DNA from: Auanema rhodensis
Lineage: Eukaryota; Animalia; Nematoda
Direction: 5' to 3'
Length of the DNA: 64,000 nucleotides
NCBI GenBank assembly: GCA_964057225.1
Contig: OZ059895.1
Coordinates: forward strand, 23,870,001 to 23,934,000
Part shown: piece after piece, positions 1-12,496 of the stretch
Numbering within the stretch: the stretch's first letter is position 1
Layout of the letters: the number at the start of each line of letters is the position of its first letter
Program-made: the position numbers and the translations under genes
The notes under the pieces: generated by a model
The model's database searches: none
Seen by the model: the letters and a program-made list of their open reading frames with translations, nothing else
What the model was told of the DNA's origin: nothing

Positions 1-2112
1 GATAAAGAGATGCGGTTTTCAAAATTAGATTCCCCATGTCCATATTAGTCTAAAAACAAATTTTTATTGATATTGGTTCATGGTAACCATGACTTTGAAA
101 TTTACGTGAACTTTAATTTATGCTAATTAAATGTACACGTGATGTGCACTTGGTATGTAACTCGCTTCACGTGAAAGATAAAGAGATGCGGTTTTCAAAA
201 TTAGATTCCCCATGTCCATATTAGTCTAAAAACAAATTTTTATTGATATTGGTGCATGGTAACCATGACTTTGAAATTTACGTGAACTTTAATTTATGCT
301 AATTAAATGTACACGTGATGTGCACTTGGTATGTAACTCGCTTCACGTGAAAGATAAAGAGATGCGGTTTTCAAAATTAGATTCCCCATGTCCATATTAG
401 TCTAAAAACAAATTTTTATTGATATTAGTTCTTGGTAACCATGACTTTGAAATTTACGTGAACTTTAATTTATGCTAATTAAATGTACACGTGATGTGCA
501 CTTGGTATGTAACTCGCTTCACGTGAAAGATAAAGAGATGCGGTTTTCAAAATTAGATTCCCCATGTCCATATTAGTCTAAAAACAAATTTTTATTGATA
601 TTGGTTCATGGTAACCATGACTTTGAAATTTACGTGAACTTTAATTTATGCTAATTAAATGTACACGTGATGTGCACTTGGTATGTAACTCGCTTCACGT
701 GAAAGATAAAGAGATGCGGTTTTCAAAATTAGATTCCCCATGTCCATATTAGTCTAAAAACAAATTTTTATTGATATTGGTTCATGGTAACCATGACTTT
801 GAAATTTACGTGAACTTTAATTTATGCTAATTAAATGTACACGTGATGTGCACTTGGTATGTAACTCGCTTCACGTGAAAGATAAAGAGATGCGGTTTTC
901 AAAATTAGATTCCCCATGTCCATATTAGTCTAAAAACAAATTTTTATTGATATTGGTTCATGTTAACCATGACTTTGAAATTTACGTGAACTTTAATTTA
1001 TGCTAATTAAATGTACACGTGATGTGCACTTGGTATGTAACTCGCTTCACGTGAAAGATAAAGAGATGCGGTTTTCAAAATTAGATTCCCCATGTCCATA
1101 TTAGTCTAAAAACAAATTTTTATTGATATTAGTTCATGGTAACCATGACTTTGAAATTTACGTGAACTTTAATTTATGCTAATTAAATGTACACGTGATG
1201 TGCACTTGGTATGTAACTCGCTTCACGTGAAAGATAAAGAGATGCGGTTTTCAAAATTAGATTCCCCATGTCCATATTAGTCTAAAAACAAGTTTTTATT
1301 GATATTGGTGCATGGTAACCATGACTTTGAATTTTACGTGAACTTTAATTTATGCTAATTAAATGTACACGTGATGTGCACTTGGTATGTAACTCGCTTC
1401 ACGTGAAATATAAAGAGATGCGGTTTTTAAAATTAGATTCCCCATGTCCATATTAGTCTAAAAACAAATTTTTATTGATATTGGTTCATGGTAACCATGA
1501 CTTTGAAATTTACGTGAACTTTAATTTATGCTAATTAAATGTACACGTGATGTGCACTTGGTATGTAACTCGCTTCACGTGAAAGATAAAGAGATGCGGT
1601 TTTCAAAATTAGATTCCCCATGTCCATATTAGTCTAAAAACAAATTTTTATTGATATTGGTGCATGGTAACCATGACTTTGAAATTTACGTGAACTTTAA
1701 TTTATGCTAATTAAATGTACACGTGATGTGCACTTGGTATGTAACTCGCTTCACGTGAAAGATAAAGAGATGCGGTTTTCAAAATTAGATTCATCATGTC
1801 CATATTAGTCTAAAAACAAATTTTTATTGATATTGGTTCATGGTAACCATGACTTTGAAATTTACGTGAACTCTAATTTATGCTAATTAAATGTACACGT
1901 GATGTGCACTTGGTATGTAACTCGCTTCACGTGAAAGAAGAAGAGATGCGGTTTTCAAAATTAGATTCCCCATGTCCATATTAGTCTAAAAACAAATTTT
2001 TATTGATATTGGTTCATGGTAACCATGACTTTGAAATTTACGTGAACTTTAATTTATGCTAATTAAATGTACACGTGATGTGCACTTGGTATGTAACTCG
2101 CTTCACGTGAAA

Positions 2113-5100
2113 GATAAAGAGATGCGGTTTTCAAAATTAGATTTCCCATGTCCATATTAGTCTAAAAACAAATTTTTATTGTTATTGGTTCATGGTAACC
2201 ATGACTTTGAAATTTACGTGAACTTTAATTTATGCTAATTAAATGTACACGTGATGTGCACTTGGTATGTAACTCGCTTCACGTGAAAGATAAAGAGATG
2301 CGGTTTTCAAAATTAGATTCCCCATGTCCATATTAGTCGAAAAACAAATTTTTATTGATATTGGTTCATGGTAACCATGACTTTGAAATTTACGTGAACT
2401 TTAATTTATGCTAATTAAATGTACACGTGATGTGCACTTGGTATGTAACTCGCTTCACGTGAAAGATAAAGAGATGCGGTTTTCAAAATTAGATTCCCCA
2501 TGTCCATATTAGTCTAAAAACAAATTTTTATTGATATTGGTTCATGGTAACCATGACTTTGAAATTTACGTGAACTTTAATTTATGCTAATTAAATGTAC
2601 ACGTGATGTGCACTTGGTATGTAACTCGCTTCACGTGAAAGATGAAGAGATGCGGTTTTCAAAATTAGATTCCCCATGTCCATATTAGTCTAAAAACAAA
2701 TTTTTATTGATATTGGTTCATGGTAACCATGACTTTGAAATTTACGTGAACTTTAATTTATGCTAATTAAATGTACACGTGATGTGCACTTGGTATGTAA
2801 CTCGCTTCACGTGAAAGATAAAGAGATGCGGTTCTCAAAATTAGATTCCCCATGTCCATATTAGTCTAAAAACAAATTTTTTTTGATATTGCTTCATGGT
2901 AACCATGACTTTGAAATTTACGTGAACTTTAATTTATGCTAATTAAATGTACACGTGATGTGCACTTGGTATGTAACTCGCTTCACGTGAAAGATAAAGA
3001 GATGCGGTTTTCAAAATTAGATTCCCCATGTCCATATTAGTCTAAAAACAAATTTTTATTGATATTGGTTCATGGTAACCATGACTTTGAATTTTACGTG
3101 AACTTTAATTTATGCTAATTAAATGTACACGTGATGTGCACTTGGTATGTAACTCGCTTCACGTAAAAGATAAAGAAATGCGGTTTTCAAAATTAGATTC
3201 CCCATGTCCATATTAGTCTAAAAACAAATTTTTATTGATATTGGTTCATGGTAACCATGACTTTGAAATTTAGGTGAACTTTAATTTATGCTAATTAAAT
3301 GTACACGTGATGTGCACTTGGTATGTAACTCGCTTCACGTGAAAGATAAAGAGATGCGGTTTTCAAAATTAGATTTCCCATGTCCATATTAGTCTAAAAA
3401 CAAATTTTTATTGTTATTGGTTCATGGTAACCATGACTTTGAAATTTACGTGAACTTTAATTTATGCTAATTAAATGTACACGTGATGTGCACTTGGTAT
3501 GTAACTCGCTTCACGTGAAAGATAAAGAGATGCGGTTTTCAAAATTAGATTCCCCATGTCCATATTAGTCTAAAAACAAATTTTTATTGATATTGGTTCA
3601 TGGTAACCATGACTTTGAAATTTACGTGAACTTTAATTTATGCTAATTAAATGTACACGTGATGTGCACTTGGTATGTAACTCGCTTGACGTGAAAGATA
3701 AAGAGATGCGGTTTTCAAAATTAGATTCCCCATGTCCATATTAGTCTAAAAACAAATTTTTATTGATATTAGTTCATGGTAACCATGACTTTGAAATTTA
3801 CGTGAACTTTAATTTATGCTAATTAAATGTACACGTGATGTGCACTTGGTATGTAACTCGCTTCACGTGAAAGATAAAGAGATGCGGTTTTCAAAATTAG
3901 ATTCCCCATGTCCATATTAGTCTAAAAACAAATTTTTATTGATATTGGTTCATGGTAACCATGACTTTGAAATTTACGTGAACTTTAATTTATGCTAATT
4001 AAATGTACACGTGATGTGCACTTGGTATGTAACTCGCTTCACGTGAAAGATAAAGAGATGCGGTTTTCAAAATTAGATTTCCCATGTCCATATTAGTCTA
4101 AAAACAAATTTTTATTGTTATTGGTTCATGGTAACCATGACTTTGAAATTTACGTGAACTTTAATTTATGCTAATTAAATGTACACGTGATGTGCACTTG
4201 GTATGTAACTCGCTTCACGTGAAAGATAAAGAGATGCGGTTTTCAAAATTAGATTCCCCATGTCCATATTAGTCGAAAAACAAATTTTTATTGATATTGG
4301 TTCATGGTAACCATGACTTTGAAATTTACGTGAACTTTAATTTATGCTAATTAAATGTACACGTGATGTGCACTTGGTATGTAACTCGCTTCACGTGAAA
4401 GATAAAGAGATGCGGTTTTCAAAATTAGATTCCCCATGTCCATATTAGTCTAAAAACAAATTTTTATTGATATTGGTTCATGGTAACCATGACTTTGAAA
4501 TTTACGTGAACTTTAATTTATGCTAATTAAATGTACACGTGATGTGCACTTGGTATGTAACTCGCTTCACGTGAAAGATGAAGAGATGCGGTTTTCAAAA
4601 TTAGATTCCCCATGTCCATATTAGTCTAAAAACAAATTTTTATTGATATTGGTTCATGGTAACCATGACTTTGAAATTTACGTGAACTTTAATTTATGCT
4701 AATTAAATGTACACGTGATGTGCACTTGGTATGTAACTCGCTTCACGTGAAAGATAAAGAGATGCGGTTCTCAAAATTAGATTCCCCATGTCCATATTAG
4801 TCTAAAAACAAATTTTTATTGATATTGCTTCATGGTAACCATGACTTTGAAATTTACGTGAACTTTAATTTATGCTAATTAAATGTACACGTGATGTGCA
4901 CTTGGTATGTAACTCGCTTCACGTGAAAGATAAAGAGATGCGGTTTTCAAAATTAGATTCCCCATGTCCATATTAGTCTAAAAACAAATTTTTATTGATA
5001 TTGGTTCATGGTAACCATGACTTTGAATTTTACGTGAACTTTAATTTATGCTAATTAAATGTACACGTGATGTGCACTTGGTATGTAACTCGCTTCACGT

Positions 5101-5456
5101 AAAAGATAAAGAAATGCGGTTTTCAAAATTAGATTCCCCATGTCCATATTAGTCTAAAAACAAATTTTTATTGATATTGGTTCATGGTAACCATGACTTT
5201 GAAATTTACGTGAACTTTAATTTATGCTAATTAAATGTACACGTGATGTGCACTTGGTATGTAACTCGCTTCACGTGAAAGATAAAGAGATGCGGTTTTC
5301 AAAATTAGATTTCCCATGTCCATATTAGTCTAAAAACAAATTTTTATTGTTATTGGTTCATGGTAACCATGACTTTGAAATTTACGTGAACTTTAATTTA
5401 TGCTAATTAAATGTACACGTGATGTGCACTTGGTATGTAACTCGCTTCACGTGAAA
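2113..5456 (+). repeat. 11-monomer (1936-bp) higher-order repeat, one full and one partial copy
   Basis: T51G at 2339/4275, A4G at 2644/4580, T18C at 2834/4770 and C32T+A70T at 2144/4080 and 3376/5312 all recur at a 1936-bp offset. Confidence 0.9.
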
Positions 5457-8448
5457 TATAAAGAGATGCGGTTTTCAAAATTAGATTCCCCATGTCCATA
5501 TTAGTCTAAAAACAAATTTTTATTGATATTGGTGCATGGTAACCATGACTTTGAAATTTACGTGAACTTTAATTTATGCTAATTAAATGTACACGTGATG
5601 TGCACTTGGTATGTAACTCGCTTCACGTGAAAGATAAAGAGATGCGGTTTTCAAAATTAGATTCCCCATGTCCATATTAGTCTAAAAACAAATTTTTGTT
5701 GATATTAGTTCATGGTAACCATGACTTTGAAATTTACGTGAACTTTAATTTATGCTAATTAAATGTACACGTGATGTGCACTTGGTATGTAACTCGCTTC
5801 ACGTGAAAGATAAAGAGATGCGGTTTTCAAAATTAGATTCCCCATGTCCATATTAGTCTAAAAACAAATTTTTATTGATATTGGTTCATGGTAACCATGA
5901 CTTTGAAATTTACGTGAACTTTAATTTATGCTAATTAAATGTACACGTGATGTGCACTTGGTATGTAACTCGCTTCACGTGAAAGATAAAGAGATGCGGT
6001 TTTCAAAATTAGATTCCCCATGTCCATATTATTCTAAAAACAAATTTTTATTGATATTGGTTAATGGTAACCATGACTTTGAAATTTACGTGAACTTTAA
6101 TTTATGCTAATTAAATGTACACGTGATGTGCACTTGATATGTAACTCGCTTCACGTGAAAGATAAAGAGATGCGGTTTTCAAAATTAGATTCCCCATGTC
6201 CATATTAGTCTAAAAACAAATTTTTATTGATATTGGTGCATGGTAACCATGACTTTGAAATTTACGTGAACTTTAATTTATGCTAATTAAATGTACACGT
6301 GATGTGCACTTGGTATGTAACTCGCTTCACGTGAAAGATAAAGAGATGCGGTTTTCAAAATTAGATTCCCCATGTCCATATTAGTCTAAAAACAGATTTT
6401 TATTGATATTGGTGCATGGTAACCATGACTTTGAAATTTACGTGAACTTTAATTTATGCTAATTAAATGTACACGTGATGTGCACTTGGTATGTAACTCG
6501 CTTCACGTGAAAGATAAAGAGATGCGGTTTTCAAAATTAGATTCCCCATGTACATATTAGTCTAAAAACAAATTTTTATTGATATTGGTTCATGGTAACC
6601 ATGACTTTGAAATTTACGTGAACTTTAATTTATGCTAATTAAATGTACACGTGATGTGCACTTGGTATGTAACTCGCTTCACGTGGAAGATAAAGAGATG
6701 CGGTTTTCAAAATTAGATTCCCCATGTCCATATTAGTCTAAAAACAAATTTTTATTGATATTGGTGCATGGTAACCATGACTTTGAAATTTACGTGAACT
6801 TTAATTTATGCTAATTAAATGTACACGTGATGTGCACTTGGTATGTAACTCGCTTCACGTGAAAGATAAAGAGATGCGGTTTTCAAAATTAGATTCCCCA
6901 TGTCCATATTAGTCTAAAAACAAATTTTTATTGATATTGGTTCATGGTAACCATGACTTTGAAATTTACGTGAACTTTAATTTATGCTAATTAAATGTAC
7001 ACGTGATGTGCACTTGGTATGTAACTCGCTTCACGTGAAATATAAAGAGATGCGGTTTTCAAAATTAGATTCCCCATGTCCATATTAGTCTAAAAACAAA
7101 TTTTTATTGATATTGGTGCATGGTAACCATGACTTTGAAATTTACGTGAACTTTAATTTATGCTAATTAAATGTACACGTGATGTGCACTTGGTATGTAA
7201 CTCGCTTCACGTGAAAGATAAAGAGATGCGGTTTTCAAAATTAGATTCCTCATGTCCATATTAGTCTAAAAACAAATTTTTATTGATATTGGTGCATGGT
7301 AACCATGACTTTGAAATTTACGTGAACTTTAATTTATGCTAATTAAATGTACACGTGATGTGCACTTGGTATGTAACTCGCTTCACGTGAAAGATAAAGA
7401 GATGCGGTTTTCAAAATTAGATTCCCCATGTACATATTAGTCTAAAAACAAATTTTTATTGATATTGGTTCATGGTAACCATGACTTTGAAATTTACGTG
7501 AACTTTAATTTATGCTAATTAAATGTACACGTGATGTGCACTTGGTATGTAACTCGCTTCACGTGGAAGATAAAGAGATGCGGTTTTCAAAATTAGATTC
7601 CCCATGTCCATATTAGTCTAAAAACAAATTTTTATTGATATTGGTGCATGGTAACCATGACTTTGAAATTTACGTGAACTTTAATTTATGCTAATTAAAT
7701 GTACACGTGATGTGCACTTGGTATGTAACTCGCTTCACGTGAAAGATAAAGAGATGCGGTTTTCAAAATTAGATTCCCCATGTCCATATTAGTCTAAAAA
7801 CAAATTTTTATTGATATTGGTTCATGGTAACCATGACTTTGAAATTTACGTGAACTTTAATTTATGCTAATTAAATGTACACGTGATGTGCACTTGGTAT
7901 GTAACTCGCTTCACGTGAAATATAAAGAGATGCGGTTTTCAAAATTAGATTCCCCATGTCCATATTAGTCTAAAAACAAATTTTTATTGATATTGGTGCA
8001 TGGTAACCATGACTTTGAAATTTACGTGAACTTTAATTTATGCTAATTAAATGTACACGTGATGTGCACTTGGTATGTAACTCGCTCCACGTGAAAGATA
8101 AAGAGATGCGGTTTTCAAAATTAGATTCCCCATGTCCATATTAGTCTAAAAACAAATTTTTATTGATATTGGTTCATGGTAACCATGACTTTGAATTTTA
8201 CGTGAACTTTAATTTATGCTAATTAAATGTACACGTATTGTGCACTTGGTATGTAACTCGCTTCACGTAAAAGATAAAGAAATGCGGTTTTCAAAATTAG
8301 ATTCCCCATGTCCATATTAGTCTAAAAACAAATTTTTATTGATATTGGTTCATGGTAACCATGACTTTGAAATTTATGTGAACTTTAATTTATGCTAATT
8401 AAATGTACACGTGATGTGCACTTGGTATGTAACTCGCTTCACGTGAAA

Positions 8449-11400
8449 GATAAAGAGATGCGGTTTTCAAAATTAGATTTCCCATGTCCATATTAGTCTA
8501 AAAACAAATTTTTATTGTTATTGGTTCATGGTAACCATGACTTTGAAATTTACGTGAACTTTAATTTATGCTAATTAAATGTACACGTGATGTGCACTTG
8601 GTATGTAACTCGCTTCACGTGAAAGATAAAGAGATGCGGTTTTCAAAATTAGATTCCCCATGTCCATATTAGTCGAAAAACAAATTTTTATTGATATTGG
8701 TTCATGGTAACCATGACTTTGAAATTTACGTGAACTTTAATTTATGCTGATTAAATGTACACGTGATGTGCACTTGGTATGTAACTCGCTTCACGTGAAA
8801 GATAAAGAGATGCGGTTTTCAAAATTAGATTCCCCATGTCCATATTAGTCTAAAAACAAATTTTTATTGATATTGGTTCATGGTAACCATGACTTTGAAA
8901 TTTACGTGAACTTTAATTTATGCTAATTAAATGTACACGTGATGTGCACTTGGTATGTAACTCGCTTCACGTGAAAGATGAAGAGATGCGGTTTTCAAAA
9001 TTAGATTCCCCATGTCCATATTAGTCTAAAAACAAATTTTTATTGATATTGGTTCATGGTAACCATGACTTTGAAATTTACGTGAACTTTAATTTATGCT
9101 AATTAAATGTACACGTGATGTGCACTTGGTATGTAACTCGCTTCACGTGAAAGATAAAGAGATGCGGTTCTCAAAATTAGATTCCCCATGTCCATATTAG
9201 TCTAAAAACAAATTTTTATTGATATTGCTTCATGGTAACCATGACTTTGAAATTTACGTGAACTTTAATTTATGCTAATTAAATGTACACGTGATGTGCA
9301 CTTGGTATGTAACTCGCTTCACGTGAAAGATAAAGAGATGCGGTTTTCAAAATTAGATTCCCCATGTCCATATTAGTCTAAAAACAAATTTTTATTGATA
9401 TTGGTTCGTGGTAACCATGACTTTGAATTTTACGTGAACTTTAATTTATGCTAATTAAATGTACACGTGATGTGCACTTGGTATGTAACTCGCTTCACGT
9501 AAAAGATAAAGAAATGCGGTTTTCAAAATTAGATTCCCCATGTCCATATTAGTCTAAAAACAAATTTTTATTGATATTGGTTCATGGTAACCATGACTTT
9601 GAAATTTACGTGAACTTTAATTTATGCTAATTAAATGTACACGTGATGTGCACTTGGTATGTAACTCGCTTCACGTGAAAGATAAAGAGATGCGGTTTTC
9701 AAAATTAGATTTCCCATGTCCATATTAGTCTAAAAACAAATTTTTATTGTTATTGGTTCATGGTAACCATGACTTTGAAATTTACGTGAACTTTAATTTA
9801 TGCTAATTAAATGTACACGTGATGTGCACTTGGTATGTAACTCGCTTCACGTGAAAGATAAAGAGATGCGGTTTTCAAAATTAGATTCCCCATGTCCATA
9901 TTAGTCTAAAAACAAATTTTTATTGATATTGGTTCATGGTAACCATGACTTTGAAATTTACGTGAACTTTAATTTATGCTAATTAAATGTACACGTGATG
10001 TGCACTTGGTATGTAACTCGCTTGACGTGAAAGATAAAGAGATGCGGTTTTCAAAATTAGATTCCCCATGTCCATATTAGTCTAAAAACAAATTTTTATT
10101 GATATTAGTTCATGGTAACCATGACTTTGAAATTTACGTGAACTTTAATTTATGCTAATTAAATGTACACGTGATGTGCACTTGGTATGTAACTCGCTTC
10201 ACGTGAAAGATAAAGAGATGCGGTTTTCAAAATTAGATTCCCCATGTCCATATTAGTCTAAAAACAAATTTTTATTGATATTGGTTCATGGTAACCATGA
10301 CTTTGAAATTTACGTGAACTTTAATTTATGCTAATTAAATGTACACGTGATGTGCACTTGGTATGTAACTCGCTTCACGTGAAAGATAAAGAGATGCGGT
10401 TTTCAAAATTAGATTTCCCATGTCCATATTAGTCTAAAAACAAATTTTTATTGTTATTGGTTCATGGTAACCATGACTTTGAAATTTACGTGAACTTTAA
10501 TTTATGCTAATTAAATGTACACGTGATGTGCACTTGGTATGTAACTCGCTTCACGTGAAAGATAAAGAGATGCGGTTTTCAAAATTAGATTCCCCATGTC
10601 CATATTAGTCGAAAAACAAATTTTTATTGATATTGGTTCATGGTAACCATGACTTTGAAATTTACGTGAACTTTAATTTATGCTAATTAAATGTACACGT
10701 GATGTGCACTTGGTATGTAACTCGCTTCACGTGAAAGATAAAGAGATGCGGTTTTCAAAATTAGATTCCCCATGTCCATATTAGTCTAAAAACAAATTTT
10801 TATTGATATTGGTTCATGGTAACCATGACTTTGAAATTTACGTGAACTTTAATTTATGCTAATTAAATGTACACGTGATGTGCACTTGGTATGTAACTCG
10901 CTTCACGTGAAAGATGAAGAGATGCGGTTTTCAAAAATAGATTCCCCATGTCCATATTAGTCTAAAAACAAATTTTTATTGATATTGGTTCATGGTAACC
11001 ATGACTTTGAAATTTACGTGAACTTTAATTTATGCTAATTAAATGTACACGTGATGTGCACTTGGTATGTAACTCGCTTCACGTGAAAGATAAAGAGATG
11101 CGGTTCTCAAAATTAGATTCCCCATGTCCATATTAGTCTAAAAACAAATTTTTATTGATATTGCTTCATGGTAACCATGACTTTGAAATTTACGTGAACT
11201 TTAATTTATGCTAATTAAATGTACACGTGATGTGCACTTGGTATGTAACTCGCTTCACGTGAAAGATAAAGAGATGCGGTTTTCAAAATTAGATTCCCCA
11301 TGTCCATATTAGTCTAAAAACAAATTTTTATTGATATTGGTTCATGGTAACCATGACTTTGAATTTTACGTGAACTTTAATTTATGCTAATTAAATGTAC

Positions 11401-12320
11401 ACGTGATGTGCACTTGGTATGTAACTCGCTTCACGTAAAAGATAAAGAAATGCGGTTTTCAAAATTAGATTCCCCATGTCCATATTAGTCTAAAAACAAA
11501 TTTTTATTGATATTGGTTCATGGTAACCATGACTTTGAAATTTACGTGAACTTTAATTTATGCTAATTAAATGTACACGTGATGTGCACTTGGTATGTAA
11601 CTCGCTTCACGTGAAAGATAAAGAGATGCGGTTTTCAAAATTAGATTTCCCATGTCCATATTAGTCTAAAAACAAATTTTTATTGTTATTGGTTCATGGT
11701 AACCATGACTTTGAAATTTACGTGAACTTTAATTTATGCTAATTAAATGTACACGTGATGTGCACTTGGTATGTAACTCGCTTCACGTGAAAGATAAAGA
11801 GATGCGGTTTTCAAAATTAGATTCCCCATGTCCATATTAGTCTAAAAACAAATTTTTATTGATATTGGTTCATGGTAACCATGACTTTGAAATTTACGTG
11901 AACTTTAATTTATGCTAATTAAATGTACACGTGATGTGCACTTGGTATGTAACTCGCTTGACGTGAAAGATAAAGAGATGCGGTTTTCAAAATTAGATTC
12001 CCCATGTCCATATTAGTCTAAAAACAAATTTTTATTGATATTAGTTCATGGTAACCATGACTTTGAAATTTACGTGAACTTTAATTTATGCTAATTAAAT
12101 GTACACGTGATGTGCACTTGGTATGTAACTCGCTTCACGTGAAAGATAAAGAGATGCGGTTTTCAAAATTAGATTCCCCATGTCCATATTAGTCTAAAAA
12201 CAAATTTTTATTGATATTGGTTCATGGTAACCATGACTTTGAAATTTACGTGAACTTTAATTTATGCTAATTAAATGTACACGTGATGTGCACTTGGTAT
12301 GTAACTCGCTTCACGTGAAA
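8449..12320 (+). repeat. 11-monomer (1936-bp) higher-order repeat, two copies; duplicate of the 2113-5456 block at a 6336-bp (36-monomer) offset
   Basis: T51G at 8675/10611, A4G at 8980/10916 and C168G at 10024/11960, in the same marker order as the first block (2339+6336=8675; 4275+6336=10611). Confidence 0.9.
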
Positions 12321-12496
12321 GATAAAGAAATGCGGTTTTCAAAATTAGATTCCCCATGTCCATATTAGTCTAAAAACAAATTTTTATTGATATTGGTTCA
12401 TGGTAACCATGACTTTGAAATTTACGTGAACTTTAATTTATGCTAATTAAATGTACACGTGATGTGCACTTGGTATGTAACTCGCTTCACGTGAAA

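Noticed and set aside
1-176. Identity with known similar-sized satellites (Brassica CentBr 176 bp, Arabidopsis CEN178, primate alpha satellite, honeybee AluI 176 bp)
   Set aside because: The consensus has no HindIII (AAGCTT) or AluI (AGCT) site, no CENP-B box, and no similarity that I can recognise. Equal length alone is not evidence; a database search is still needed.
1-176. Tandem 5S rRNA, tRNA, snRNA or spliced-leader gene array
   Set aside because: The monomer is 68% AT, with no recognisable 5S or tRNA sequence, cloverleaf, Pol III A/B boxes or known leader sequence.
5928-6110. 60-aa ORF MLIKCTRDVHLVCNSLH..., with identical copies at 13144-13326 and 15784-15966
   Set aside because: It exists only because variant G48T turns the monomer's in-frame TAG into TAT. 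The three copies are the same duplicated variant monomer. 176 is not a multiple of 3, so no frame continues, and I recognise no protein similarity or gene context.
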